Both the position numbers and the translations under genes were made by a program. The notes beneath the pieces were generated by a model, which saw only the letters and a program-made list of their open reading frames with translations, was not told the origin of the DNA and searched no databases. This document shows, piece after piece, positions 22,327 through 36,217 of a stretch of DNA of 64,000 bases; position 1 is the first letter of the stretch; each line of letters starts with the position of its first letter. This stretch comes from Scyliorhinus canicula. Lineage: Eukaryota. The stretch is from positions 110,286,401 through 110,350,400 of the forward strand of contig NC_052152.1 in assembly GCF_902713615.1 (NCBI RefSeq). Direction: 5' to 3'.

Positions 22327-22690
22327 TGTATATAGTTCTATTAATGTATGTAGTTATTGATACGACCTCCGGCCAGCAGGTGGGAAATAAATCCACCATG
22401 TGCCTCCAGAGATCGGGCAGTTGGTAGTAAGTTGTACTGGAGGACAGTCTCACTAGAAGTAGCTCCGGGTGAATTCTCTTATTCGTTAAAGTTTATATTA
22501 TAGTTCTTTAGTTATCTTTCCACACGTTCATTTTGTTAATAAATTATCTTATTAGTGAAAGAACTAGATGTTCTGTGTGTATCTTTACCACAGCCACAAC
22601 ACAGAACATAACACCTAGTCTTTGAGGTAGTGATGGGGAGCTTAGTTCTTGAGGTCCTGCAGCCCATGTGTTGAAGCTGCTTCTTATGCT

Positions 22691-22918
22691 GGGGCAGGTT
22701 TACTTCAGTTGGCTGGATAGCTTGTTCGTGTTGCAGAGTGAGGCCAACAAGTGCGGGTTCAATTCCAATACTGGCTGAGGTTATTCATGAAGGCCCACCT
22801 TCTCAACCTTGCCCCTCGCCTGAGGTGTGGTGATCCTCAGGTCAAGTCACACCAGTCAGCTCTCCCCGCTCAAAGGGGAGAGCAGCCTCTGGTGATCTGG
22901 GACTATGGCGATTTGACT
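22691..22918 (+). mobile_element. tRNA-derived SINE (third family)
   Basis: A-box-like start, B-box GGTTCAATTCC, and body CCTGAGGTGTGGTGATCCTCAGG...GGGACTATGGCGA. Confidence 0.65.
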
Positions 22919-23109
22919 CCTGTAGAGCGTTCCAGGATTGTGAGCCAGCAATGATGAAAGATGGGTGATATTTGTCCAAGTCAGGGTGATGTGTGGGAAG
23001 GAGGAGAGAAACTTGAAGGTTCCCATGCCTCTTTCTAGGTAGTGGATGTTGCAGTTTTAGGGGGTGTTGCCGAGTCCTGCCCTATTTAGAATAAATGATC
23101 AGGGCAAAT

Positions 23110-23790
23110 ATATAATAATTCAATTTGTCAAACTGTAGACACTGTTCATGGTGTGGGCTCCTCAACATTGGAGAGACCAAACATAGACTGGTTGACCACA
23201 TTGCAGAACACCTTTGTTTAGTCTGAAAGCATGACCCCGACCATCCTGCCACTTGACATTTTAATCCTCTACCTTGCTCCCACTCTGACCTCTCTGGCCT
23301 GTTGCAGTGTTTCAATGAAGCTCAATGCAAGCATAAGGAACAGCACCTCATCTTTCAGCTAGGAACTCAACTGCCTTCTGGATTCAATATTGAGTTCAAC
23401 AGCTTTACATTATAACCTCTACCTTGATTTTTGTTTTGCTGGCTTTCTTACTTTATCCCTTCATGTTGCATTTAATTGAATGATATAACGCCATTCGTCT
23501 CTCATTTGAACACAGCCTTTGTTTCGTTGCAATACCCATTGGCAATCTCACTTTTTCAGCACAAAATCTTTTAATCAGTTAATCTCTCCTGCCCTCCACC
23601 CTATTGTAGAGCTTTCTTCACTTACGTTCTTTCTGCCTGTTCCTCCATTCCACTGGTTTAAAAACTCTTACATTTCTATCTATCTTCAGTTTTGATGGAA
23701 GGTCGTCAATCTGAAATGTTAACACTGTTTCTATCTCCACATATCCTGCCTGACCAGCTGAGTATTGCCAACATTTTTTGTTTTTATCTC
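23110..23790 (+). mobile_element. Penelope-like element 3' part (GIY-YIG endonuclease plus terminal repeat)
   Basis: CSWCGLLNIGETKHRL..HIAEHL...EQHLIFQLGT..PSGFNIEFN; decayed hammerhead-like TTGATGGAAGGTCGTCAATCTGAAATGTT at about 23692. Confidence 0.8.
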
Positions 23791-24789
23791 ATTTGTAAGC
23801 CTTGAAAAGGTCTCACCCATTTCCTGATATATCACTTCCAAACGTTTTTGCCAATTCTGCACATCAACATTCAATAACTGGCTTACACCAACATTACGTG
23901 GCCGTGTGCTAATTTATGGTATCCCCTTGTCTGTTTTTTTAATGGAAGCATTTACAATGAATGGATTACCTCTGTTTAAACATCATAGAATAGAGTTTGA
24001 CAAAAGTGTTTATTTGTGCCCTTCCTAATCCTTTCATGGCAGCCACAACTCTGGAGAAAGTAACCTCATTTAACTGTGGAAGTCCAATTAGAGTGTGGTA
24101 ATGGTGGAGGCATCTCCTGATGATAATATGTATCAGGGTGAAAGACTCGATGTTTTTGAGTTTGTGTGACCTGCCTCTTGCGTCACCGTCAGGTTATGGA
24201 ACATTGTCTTGGTTCTTGCAGTGTTTTGCAACGGTTGCAGGTGGTTGTTTGTGCAGCTGGGAGCAGACCAACAAACATCTGTTCTACCACCTCTCACATT
24301 ACAGCTGACTGCACATCTGGAGGTTGTAAAAGCACAGCTGCTTGGAACAGTGACCACTGCCCCCACCCCTCCTACTACCTCACAGTAGACATAACAGCAG
24401 ATTACTTAAAATGGTGATCCCTGGACGGTGAACTGTGCTGTAGTATCTCAATTGGCGTTGTGTTCCTCTCTCTGTCATATCATACTGTGCATAGCATCAA
24501 TAATACTGACTCAGTCTACCTCCAAGACTGTAATGCCTGTCATGCACAACCTCCTTTTCACTTTGGCTTCAACCAATGTAATTCCTCCTGTCTTTCAGAC
24601 TGTTCATGTGGTGATGGACATAGTAGTGTATATAAACATAGGTCGCTCCAGCATGTTTGTTTACGCCAGTCACCATAGTGCCACTGCCTTATAATGTTTA
24701 TGGTGCATTGGTGAGGGCTCTGATGGTCCAGATTTAGACAAGTGGAACAAAATAAAATGGTCTATCTTTACAACAGCAAAATATATATT

Positions 24790-25018
24790 TATAATAATAA
24801 TCTTTATTTGTGTCACAAGTAGACTTACATTAACACTGCAATAAAGTTCCTGTGAAAATCCCCCCCAAGGCGCCACATTCTGGCGCCTATTCGGGTACAC
24901 TGAGGGAGAATTCAGAATGTCCAAACAGCACGTCTTTCATAGACAGTGACCCGAGCCAGTAATCGAACCTGGGACCCTAGCGCTGTGAAGCAATAGTGCC
25001 AACCACTGTGCTACTGTG
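24790..25018 (-). mobile_element. SINE, internally deleted
   Basis: Shared SINE tail joined to a tRNA head (ATCGAACCTGGGACC). Confidence 0.7.
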
Positions 25019-26229
25019 CATTATAACTCAATCAAATCTCCTCTCAACCTTCTCATCTCTAAGGAGAACAGCCCCACCATCTGTGGTGTATCTACATGAA
25101 TGAAGTCCATTTTCCCAAAAGCATCTTTGTAAACCTCTACATCCTCTACTGCTTTCACATGCTTCTGAAGTAAATTGGATACCATACTACAATTGAGGCA
25201 AACCCAAGCTTAATTCTAACTTTTTCTTCTGTCCTTCTGTGTACATGGGTCTCCCTACTTGCATGTAGGACGGGCTCAAAATATCAAAGATGGTGAATCT
25301 TGCTTCTATCTTCCAGTTACAGTTGTGCAATGATTAGTGAATGAAGAGTTTTTGCATGGTGATATCTAGGGTTAACATGGATAATTTCTGCTTGTTTGGC
25401 TAACTTAATGCTGATCAGGCTTTGCAATGAATAAGTATCTTGGCGTACTGCCAGGAATTTGGATGATGTGTACCAGAATACGCAACATCCACATCTAAAC
25501 GGTAAGTTGATGCACTCTCCATTTATCTATTCAAGTGCACTTACTTGCAAGAATCCAAAAATAGGCCTTCCATTTATTAAATTACAGACATTTTGCCTTG
25601 TAAACATCCTGAAATTGAAATTAAACAACTTAGCAAACAAAGCAGTGATGAGTGCAAATTGGAAAGACACCAAAAGCCATCAGTAAGTTTTTTAAAATGT
25701 TAAAGCCATTACAATGCTGATTATCATTGCAATATTTGTTTGTGTCCTATTTCCTTGGATCAGTGTTTTTCACACCAGTTTTTCACTGCTGTTTTTGCAT
25801 TAACACAAACTACACTCTGTTACTTTGGTAAAAAATCAAATTGTAAAACTATGGAACACAACCCACATACCAGGGAGAAGGGACAATAAATTGCACTCTG
25901 CACCGCTCATAGTTTTGTTGCGACAGGTGTTACCACAATGGCATCTGTGCTGTGTGCACACACACCTGATGCAGCCTGCATCTAACGTCATCTTGGTGTG
26001 GGTGCAGATGTCAGAAGCATTGGGTCAGAGGTATGCAGATTGTAACATCAGTTTGTATGTATCACTGTTTTGACACCAGCACTGCCACTTTGACCTCCAC
26101 ATGCCAGTTAACCTTATACCTCGCACATCTGAGCATATGCTCAGTAGCAGGAAAGATCATCCACTGGCATATTTAAAAAGATCATCAACCACTCGGATTA
26201 ATTCTGATGAATCTCTACTGGATCTGTCG

Positions 26230-29200
26230 GGAGTTGTAGAAGTTGTCAGGGTTTTATGGAGTTGAGGACCAGATTTTGAGTGTGGCAATGGCGGATGCGC
26301 AGGGTTTGGCCCCGCCAGCTCACTGGTTGATGGACCAGTTGGTGAGCTTCTTGAATGAGAAGTTCTCCCAACAATGTAAGGAGTGTGCGGAGGATCTGGC
26401 CCGGGCGGTGGACTCAATGAGGAGAGTGGTTGACCGCGTGGAGGCAAGACTGACGACCCAGGGACAGTCAATCTAGAGGTTGGAGGAGCAGGCGGGGGAG
26501 CATGAGGAGCAGTCCACCTCGACGGCAGCAGAGATCGGGATGCTACAGGATCCGCAGAAGGGATTGTTGGAGAAGGTGGAGGACCTGGAGAACTGTTCTC
26601 AGAGGCAGAACATCCGGATCATGGGTCTGCTGGAGGGGAAAGAAGGATCAGATGCTGGTGCGTATGTGGGGAAGATGCTGGAGAAGCTGATGGGGAAGGT
26701 TCGTTCGCCACGCCGTTGGAGGTAGACCGGGTCCACAGGGCACTTATGCGTAAGCCCCAGGGGCGTGAGACCCCGAGGGCGATGGTGGTACGACTGCATC
26801 GATTCCTAGACAAGGAACGTATTATGAGATGGGCCAGGCAGACGAGGGGGTGTATGTGGGATGATGCTGAGATCCGGGTGTACCAGAACTTGGAAGCAGA
26901 ACTCACAAAGAGGAGGGCGAGTTTCAATAACGTCAAGTCCTGTATGCAAAAGAAATAAAGTTTGGATTGCTTTACCCGGCCCGGCTATGGGTGACCTATG
27001 AGGGTTGGGAATTGTACTTTGGCTCGTTGGAGGATGTAGTGGACTTTATGAAAGACAATAAGCTGATGGGAGAATGAAGACCTTGAGTTTTGACTGTGGG
27101 GAACTGAGCAATGAGCTATGTTTTGTAAAACTTTAAATTTTCAACGTTCAATTTCGATGTTCGGAATGATGTTTGAGGCTTTGTATATATTTTTCTTTTT
27201 CAATTTTTCATTGGGTTCTGTGTGGGGTTAGCTGAATAGATAATACTTTGTTAAGGGAGGAGAGGTGGGCCTTTGTACTCAGACCTTGGGAGGGCTAGTT
27301 CACGGAAGCAAAGTGAGGGGTGAGCTGAAGACCAACGTAAGGGGGGGGGGGGGGGGGGGGGTTGCAGGGCGTTAGACTGCTGACAGGGAGAAGACTTTTA
27401 AGATGGTGGAGGAGAAGAGTTGATGACGGTAGCTGCTGGAGGGCGGACCAGGTGAGGTGCGGGGCATGGGGCAAGGGCTGGCCTAAGAGAGACTATGGCT
27501 GATTGACAGGGGAGGGGACAGGGTGACCCCGGACCAGGTTGGTCACGTAGAACTGAATGGGCCAGTCAAAAGAGCCCGTATGTTCGCACACTTGAGGCAA
27601 CTGAAGGCGGACGTGGCCATGTTGCAGGAGATGCACTGAAGTTGGAGAGACTAGGTTAGCTGAGGAATGGATGGGGCGGACAGGTGTTCCATTCGGGATT
27701 GGACTCAAACAAGGGGGGTCGCAATTCTGGTCACATAAAGGTGGCATTCGAGGGGGGAAGATAGAGGCAGACCCGGGGGATAGATTTATTATGGTTAGCG
27801 GGAAGCTGGGGGGAATGGCTGTGGTGCTGGTGAACATATATGCCCAAACTGGGATGATGTTGAGTTCGTTAGGAGGGTGCTGGGGAAGATTCCGGACCTG
27901 AACTCGCACCGACTGATTATTGGGGGGGACTTCAACACTGTCCTGGATCCGAGACTAGACCGGTTGAGTCCCAGGTCTGGAAAGGTGTCAGCAATGGCAA
28001 TAAAGCTGCGGAGGGTTATGGAGCGCATGGGAGGGGTGGATCCGTGAAGATTCGGGAGGCCAAGGAGTAAGGAGTTTTCATTCTACTCTCATGTGCACAA
28101 GGTGTATTCCAGGATAGACTTCTTCGTGCTGGAAAAGACGCTGCTGGCAGAAGTGGTGGATACTGAATACTCAGCAATTGTGGTGTCAGACCACGCCCCA
28201 CATTGGGTAGACCTGCAAGTGAGCCAAGGAAAGGCCCAGCGGCTGCAATGAAGATTAATGTAGGGCTGCTAGCAGAGGATGAGGTGTGTGCGCGGGTGAT
28301 GGTGGCCATTCGGGGATATATAAAGATTAATGATACGGGTGAGATCTTGGCAGGGGTGGTATGGGAGGCAGTGAAGACGGTTATTAGGGGGGAATTCATC
28401 TTGATTCTGGCCCATAGGGAGAAGACAGAACGGGCAGAGTTGGACAGGCTGGTAGGTGAAATTTACAGGTGGACAGGAGATATGCGGAGTCTCCGGATGA
28501 GGGGCTCCTGAAGGAGTGGCAGAGACTGCAAATGGAATTTGGGCTCCTGTCCACAGGTAAGGCAGAGGGACAGCTGAGGAGGATAAAGGGGGTGGTGTAT
28601 GTTTAGGGGGAAAAGCCAGCAGGATGTTGATGCATCAGCTGAGGAAACAGGAGGCGACGAGAGAAATTGGGAAAGTAAAGGTTATAAGGGGGAAGGTGGT
28701 TGTGGACCCGGAGGGGGTGAATGATGTATTTTGGGAATCTTATAGCCGACTTTATAAATCGGAACCCCCCAGCTGGGGAGGAGAGTATGAAGCGATTTTT
28801 TTGGAGGGCTGGAGTTCCCGAGGGTAGACAAGGAGCTGGTGGAATGCTTTGGAGGGCCAATTGGGCTTGGGGAGGTGATAAACAGACTGGGGCGATGCAA
28901 TCGGGTAAGGATCTGAGACCTGATGGATACCCGGTCAAGTTTTACAAAACGTTCTCTGGGTTGCTGGGGCTGCTCCTGATAAAGGTTTTTAATGTGTCCA
29001 AGGAGCTGGGGTTGTTCCCCCAAAGCTATCACAGACATTGATTTCCCTTATTTTGAAGCGGGATAAGGATCCAGAGAGCTGTGGATCGTATAGGCCGATC
29101 TCTCTTTTGAATGTAGGTGTGAAGATCATGGCCACACATATAGAGGATTGTGTCCCGGGGGGTAATTGGGGAAGACCAGACGGGATTTGTGAAGGGACGG

Positions 29201-31415
29201 CACGTGACGTCCAACATTAGACGGCTCATACTTTTAGAATGATGCCAGCGGAGGGGCGCGAGGTGGAGGTGTTAGCAGTCATGGATGCAGAAAAGGATTT
29301 TGATCGGGTGGAGTGGAAGTACTTGTGGGATATCCTAGGAAGGTTTGGGTTTGGGCAGGGCTTTGTGGATTGGGTCCGGTTGCTATACCAGGCACCGGTG
29401 GCGAATGTAAGGACCAACCGGGTCCGGTCAGAATACTTTAGTTTGTGTAGGGGGACAAGACAGGGATGTCCACTCTCCCCACTACGTTTACCCTGGCCAT
29501 TTGAGCCCTTGGCAATGGCCCTTAGATCATTGAATGTCTGGCTGGGGATAGTGAGGGGGTGGGGGGGGGGGGGGGGGGGGGGGAGCATAGAGTCTCGCTC
29601 TACGCGGATGATTTTCTCCTTTACATAACACCCGTTGGGGGGGATTTCTGGAATTATGGAGATATTGGAAGAATTTGGTCCGTTCTTAGGCTACAAGTTA
29701 AATATGGGCAAGAGTGAGGTGTTTGCGATCCAGACACGGGTGCAGGAGAGGAGACTGAGGGCGTTATTGTTTAAAGTGGTGGGGAAGAGTTTTAGGTGTC
29801 TGGGAATCCAGGTGGCAAGGGAATGGGGTCAGCTCCATAAGTTAAATGTGGGCAGGGTGGTCGAGCAAAGGAGACTTCCATAGGTGGGACATGCTCCCGC
29901 TGTCATCAGCGGGGAGGGTACAGACTGCGAAGATGACAGTCCTCCCGAGGTTGCTGTTTGTTTTTCAATGTCTTCCAATTTCTATCCCTAAGGCTTTTTT
30001 TCAGGAAGATGAACAAGGCGATCTTGGGTTTTGTATGGGCTGGTAAGACTCCGAGGGTGAAGAAGGTACTTTTGGAATGGGGTGCAGGGAGGCCCTTCCG
30101 AATTTTATTAACTATTACTGGGCCGCCAACATATCGATGGTTAGGTAGTCGGGGAGGGAGTCAATGTGTGAGCGAGTGGAGGTGGCATCTTGCAAGGGTA
30201 CGAGTTTGGAGGCTTACTAACGGCTCCCCTGCTGTTCTCGCCAGCTCGGTACTCCACAAGCCCGGTGGTGGTGACAGCCCTGAGGCTGTGGGGACAATGG
30301 AGACAGCACATGAGATTGGAGGGGGCGTCAGTGTGTTCACCAATCTGTGATAATCATCGGTTTGCTCCGGGGGAACTGGACGGGGGCTTTAGGAGGTGGC
30401 AGCGGGCAGGGACTGAAAGACTTGGGGATCTCTTCATTGAGGAGGCCTTCCCGAGCCTGGAGGCATTATAGGAGGATTTTGAGTTGCCGGGTGGGAACGG
30501 GTTTCGGTACATGCAGGTACTGAGGCAAGTTTCAAGCTTTCCTCGCCTCCCCCTAAGGGGACTTCAGCATAAGAGGTTCGGCAGGGGAGAGTATACAAGG
30601 ATCTGATGGAGTGGAAGGGGTCCCTATCAGGGAGGAGAAGAGGAAGTGGGAAGAGGAGCTGGGAGGGGAGTTGGAAGTCAGACTATGGGAAAAGGCTTTG
30701 AAGAGAGTCAATTCATTCTCGCCATGTGCCTGGCTTAGCCTGATCCAGTTCAAGGTGGTTCATAGGGCTCATATGACTGTGGCCCAGATGAGTAGGTTTT
30801 TTGAGGAAGTGGAGGAGAGGTGCGGGCGGTGTGGGGGTATCCCGGCGAACCACATACACATGTTCTGGACATGTCCGAAGTTGAGGGGATTCTGGCAGGG
30901 ATTTGCGAACTTCATGCCAGAGGTCCTGGAAGAGAGGGTGACTCCGAGTCCAGAAATGGCAATATTTGGGGTATTGGAGAGAAGCTGATGTTTTGGCCTT
31001 TGCCTCCCTGGTGGCCCGGAGACAGATTTTGCTGGGATGGAGGGACTCAAAAGTCAGGACTGTGGGTTAGTACCATGGCAGAGTTTCTCAGGCTGGAAAA
31101 GATTGTTCGCTTTGAGAGGTTCAATCCAGGGGTTTGCTCAGAGGTGGCAGCTGGTCGACTTTTGTGAGGAAAACTAAACGTCAGTAGAAAGAGAGCAGGC
31201 GGGGCGGGGGAGGAGACAAAATTAGAGGCATGGCATTATAAAATAAGAGACAGGGAATCTAATACACGGGTAGTTAGGAGCTAGGGCCGGGGGCTAGTTG
31301 GTTATGTTATTGTAATATTGTGTGTGTCGGGCTGCTAGGCTGTTTAGAATGTTAATTTGTTAAACTATGAAAATTGCAAATGATTCAATAAACGTTTTCT
31401 AAGTAAAAACTAAAA
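26230..31415 (+). mobile_element. Near full-length L1-clade LINE, degenerate
   Basis: ORF1 (KVEDLENCSQRQNIRIMGL, EVDRVHRAL); ORF2 endonuclease (LVNIYA, GGDFN, SRID, SDH), RT (YRPISLLN, DAEKDFD, RQGCPLSP, YADD) and C-terminal CGRC...HMFWTC; AATAAA at about 31388 and A-rich tail. Confidence 0.92.
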
Positions 31416-31419
31416 CCGT

Positions 31420-34400
31420 ATTCACTTATGGAGTCTGTATCCTTCCATTCCCACCCTATTCATATATTTGTCTAGATGCCCCTTAAATGCCGCGATCGTA
31501 CCTGCTCCCATCACCTTCCCAGGCAGCGCATTCCATATATTTACCACTCTCTGTGTGAAAAAACGTGTCTTGCACATCTGTTCTAAACTTTTCCCCGCTC
31601 ACTTTAAACCTATGTCCCCTAGTACTTGACTCTCCTACCATAGGAAAGAGCATCTGACTGTCCACTCTGTCCATGCCACTCATGATCTTGTTTACCTCAC
31701 TCAGGTCGCCTCTCAACCTCCATCATTCCAGTGAGAACAAACCGAGTTTATCTAATCTCTCCTCATAGCTAATGCCCTCCATACCAGGCAACATCCCAGT
31801 AAACTGCTTCTGTACCCTCTCCAAAGCATCCACATCCTTCTGGTAGTGTGATGACCAGAATTGTACATAATATTTCAAATGAGGCCCTAACTACTGTCCT
31901 GTACAGCTGCAACATGACTTGCCAATTTTTATATTCGATGCCCCAACGGATGCAGGCCAGCATGCCGTAAGCCTTCTTGACCACCTTATCCACATGCGTA
32001 GCCATTTTCAGTGATTGGTGGACATGCATACCCAGATCACTCTGCCTGTCAATACTCACAAGAGTTCTACCATTTACTGTGTAATTCCTACATGCATAGG
32101 ACCTTCCAAAGTGCATTACCTCACACTAGTCCGAATTAAGAATATAAGAACATAAGAACATAAGAACTAGGAGCAGGAGTAGGCCATCTGGCCCCTCGAG
32201 CCTGCTCCGCCATTCAATGAGATCATGGCTGATCTTTTGTGGACTCAGCTCCACTTTCCGGCCCGAACACCATAACCCTTAATCCCTTATTCTTCAAAAA
32301 CTATCTATCTTTACCTTAAAAACATGTAATGAAGGAGCCTCAACTGCTTCACTGGGCAAGGAATTCCATAGATTCACAACCCTTTGGGTGAAGAAGTTCT
32401 TCCTAAACTCAGTCCTAAATCTACTTCCCCTTATTTTGAGGCTATGTCCCCTAGTTCTGCTTTCACCCGCCAGTGGAAACAACCTGCCCGCATCTATCCT
32501 ATCTATTCCCTTCATAATTTTAAATGTTTCTATAAGATCCCCCCTCATCCTTCTAAATTCCAACGAGTACAGTCCCAGTCTACTCAACCTCTCCTCATAA
32601 TCCAACCCCTTCAGCTCTGGGATTAACCTAGTGAATCTCCTCTGCACACCCTCCAGTGCCAGTACGTCCTTTCTCAAGTAAGGAGACCAAAACTGAACAC
32701 AATACTCCAGGTGTGGCCTCACTAACACCTTATACAATTGCAACATAACCTCCCTAGTCTTAAACTCCATCCCTCTAACAATGAAGGACAAAATTCCATT
32801 TGCCTTCTTAATCACCTGTTGCACCTGTAAACCAACCTTCTGTGACTCATGCACTAGCACACCCAAGTCTCTCTGCACAGCGGCATGCTTTAATATTTTA
32901 TTGTTTAAATAATAATCCCGTTTGCTGTTATTCCTACCAAAATGGATAACCTCACATTTGTCAACATTGTATTCCATCTGCCAGACCCTAGCCCATTCAG
33001 TTAACCTATCCAAATCCCTCTGCAGACTTACAGTATCCTCTGCACTTTTCGCTTTACCACTCATCTTAGTGTCATCTGCAAACTTGGACACATTGCCCTT
33101 GGTCCCCAACTCCAAATCATCTATGTAAATTGTGAACAATTGTGGGCCCAACACGGATCCCTGAGGGACACCACTAGCTACTGATTGCCAACCAGAGAAA
33201 CGCCCATTAATCCCCACTCTTTGCTTTCTATTAATTAACTAATCCTCTATCCATGCTACTACTTTACCCTTAATACCATGCATCTTTATCTTATGCAGCA
33301 ACCTTTTGTGTGGCACCTTGTCAAAGGCTTTCTGGAAATCCAGATATACCACATCCATTGGCTCCCCGTTATCTACTGCACTGGTAATGTCCTCAAAAAA
33401 TTCCACTAAATTAGTTAGGCATGACCTGCCCTTTATGAACCCATGCTGCGTCTGCCCAATGGGAAAATTTCTGTCCAGATGCCTCGCAATTTCTTCCTTG
33501 ATGATAGATTCCAGCATCTTCCCTACTACCGAAGTTAAGCTCACTGGCCTATAATTTCCTGCTTTCTGCCTACCTCCTTTTTTAAACAGTGGTGTCACGT
33601 TTGCTCATTTCCAATCCACCGGGACCACCCCAGAGTCTAGTGAATTTCGGTAAATTATCACTAGTGCATCTGCAATTTCCCTAGCCATCTCTTTTAGCAC
33701 TCTGGGATGCATTCCATCAGGGCCAGGAGACTTGTCTACCTTTAGCCCCATTAGCTTGCCCATCACTACCTCCTTAGTGATAACAATCCTCTCAAAGTCC
33801 TCACCTGTCATAGCCTCATTTCTATCAGTCGCTGGCATGTTATTTGTGTCTTCCACTGTGAAGACCGACCCAAAAAACCTGTTCAGTTCCTCAGCCATTT
33901 CCTCATTTCCCATTATTAAAACTCCCTTCTCATCCTCTAAAGGACCAATATTTACCTTAGCCACTCTTTTTTGTTTTATATATTTGTAAAAACTTTTACT
34001 GTCTGTTTTTATATTCTGAGCAAGTTTACTCTCATACTCTATCTTACTCTTCTTTATAGCTTTTTTAGTAGTTTTCTGTTGCCCCCTAAAGATTTCCCAG
34101 TCCTCTAATCTCCCAGCAATCTTTGCCACTTTATATGCTTTTTCCTTCAATTTGATACTCTCCCTTATTTCCTTAGATATCCACGGTCGATTTTCCCTCT
34201 TTTTACCGTCCTTCCTTTTTGTTGGTGTAAACCTTTGCTGAGCACTGTGAAAAATCGCTTGGAAGGTTCTCCACTGTTCCTCAACTGTTCCACCATAAAG
34301 TCTTAGCTCCCAGACTACCTTAGCTAGTTCTTCTCTCATCCCCTTGTAATCTCCTTTGTTTAAACACAAAACACTAGTATTTGATTTTACTTTCTCACCC

Positions 34401-36072
34401 TCCATCTGTATTTTAAATTCCACCATATTGTGATCGCTCCTTCCGAGAGGATCCCTAACTATGAGATCATGAATCAATCCTGTCTCATTACACAGGACAA
34501 GATCTAGGACCGCTTGTTCCCTCGTAGGTTCCATTACATACTGTTCTAGGAAACTATCGCGGATACATTCTATAAACTCCTCCTCAAGGTTGCCTTGACC
34601 GACCTGGTTAAACCAATCGACATGTAGATTAAAATCCCCCATGATAACTGCTGTACCATTTCTACATGCATCAGTTATTTCTTGTTTATTGCCTGCCCCA
34701 CCATAACGTTACTATTTGGTGGCCGATAGACTACTCCTATCAGTGACTTTTTCGCCTTACTATTCCTGATTTCCACCCAAATGGATTCAACCTTATCCTC
34801 CATAGCACCGATGTCATCCCTTACTATTGCCCGGATGTCATCCTTAAATAACAGAGCAACACCACCTCCCTTACCATCCACTCTGTCCTTCCGAATAGTT
34901 TGATACCCTCGGATATTTAACTCCCAGTCGTGACCATCCTTTAACCATGTTCAGTAATGGCCACTAAATCATAGTCATTTACAATGATTTGTGCCATCAA
35001 CTCATTTACTTTATTCCGAATACTATGAGCATTCAGGTAAAGTACACTTATGTTGGTTTTTTTACCTCTGTTTTGAATCTTAACATTTCCAGTTTTATTC
35101 CTTTTGTTATTACTGGGCCTATTCACTGAGCTCCCCTCAGTCACTGTACCTTGTACTGTCGCCCTTTAGATTTTTGACTCTGTCTTCTCTGCCTTGCACT
35201 TTTCCCCTTACTTCCTTTTGCTTCTGTCCCTGTTTTACTACCTTCCAACTTCCTGCATCAGTTCCCATCCCCCTGCCACATTAGTTTAAACCCTCCCCAA
35301 CAGCTCTCGAAAACACCCCCCCCTAGGACATCGGTTCCAGTCCTGCCCAGGTGCAGAATTAAACTGCATCTGCCATTTCTCCGCCCAAAATCCCAACCAG
35401 TTTGTATCTTGCTGTATCCTCTGATAATTCTCTTCACTATCTGCAACTCCACCAATTTTTGTGTCGTCTGCGAACTTACTAATCAGACCAGCCACATTTT
35501 CTTCCAAATCATTTATATACACTACGAACAACAAAGCTCCAAGAACTGATCTCTGTGGAACCCCTCTAGTCATAGCCTTCCATTCAGAAAAGCACCCTTC
35601 TGCTGCTACTGTCTTCTGTGTCCAAGCCAATTCTGTGTCCAACTTGCCAGCTCTCCTCTGATCCCATGTGATTTCACCTTTGTACCAGTCTTCCATGAAG
35701 TACCTTGTCAAAGGCTTTACTGAAATCCATGTATACAACATCTACTGCCTTTCCCTCATCTATCATCTTTGTCACTTCCTCGAAAAACTTGATCAAATTA
35801 GTGAGGCACGACCTCCTCTTCACAAAACCATGCTGTCCATCACTAATAAGTCCATTTGTTTCCAAATGTGAGTAAATCCTATCTCTAAGACTCTTTTGCA
35901 ACAATTTCCCTACCACTGACTTAATTTCCTGGATTATCCCTGCTGCCCTCCTTAAACAATGGAACAACATTAGCTACTCTCCAATCCTCTGGAACTTCAC
36001 CTGTTGCCAATAAGGATACAAAGATTACTGTCAAGGCCCGGCAATTTCCTCCCTTGCCTCCCTGAGTATTCA
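31420..36072 (-). mobile_element. Older CR1 RT/3' fragment split by a younger CR1
   Basis: QHGFVKRRSCLTNL, YMDFSKAFDKV and KFADDTK at 35360-35970 continue as MHFGRS... at 32116; joined across TSD GAATTAA. Confidence 0.85.
32140..35355 (-). mobile_element. Young CR1 LINE with nearly intact ORF2 (APE plus RT)
   Basis: YLNAHSIRNK, VYRPP, MGDFN, NYRPVSLTS, GVPQGSVLGP, KFADD; only a few stops/frameshifts; (AAGAACAT)n tail; TSD GAATTAA at 32133-32139 and 35356-35362. Confidence 0.93.
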
Positions 36073-36217
36073 AGTTGGACAGGGAGTGGTGCTACTTGTG
36101 GGAAAAGGCTATGCTTCTGCCATTAGGGGCTTTGGTCAAGCCACTTTCTCTCAGTCATTGTACAATAATTACCACCCCTTGGGCTGCTGTCTGTTCAGGA
36201 GACAGATCAGAGGCAAC

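Larger units (their letters stand above)
17600..22613 (+). mobile_element. Gypsy/Ty3 LTR retrotransposon, degenerate provirus
   Basis: 5' LTR 17600-17887 (TG..CA); PBS TGGTAG at 17888; 3' LTR about 22327-22613; TSD CCTAG (17595-17599, 22614-22618). Confidence 0.9.
17550..23080 (-). mobile_element. Old LINE 3' fragment hosting a Gypsy and a SINE insertion
   Basis: GATATGGGCATTGCTGGC...TTGCCCATCCCTAG resumes after 22613, and again at about 22925-23080 (TTCCAGGATT...CCAAGTCAGGGTG). Confidence 0.55.

Noticed and set aside
25440-25507. Possible exon ending ACG|GTAAGT
   Set aside because: No convincing acceptor and no recognisable peptide.
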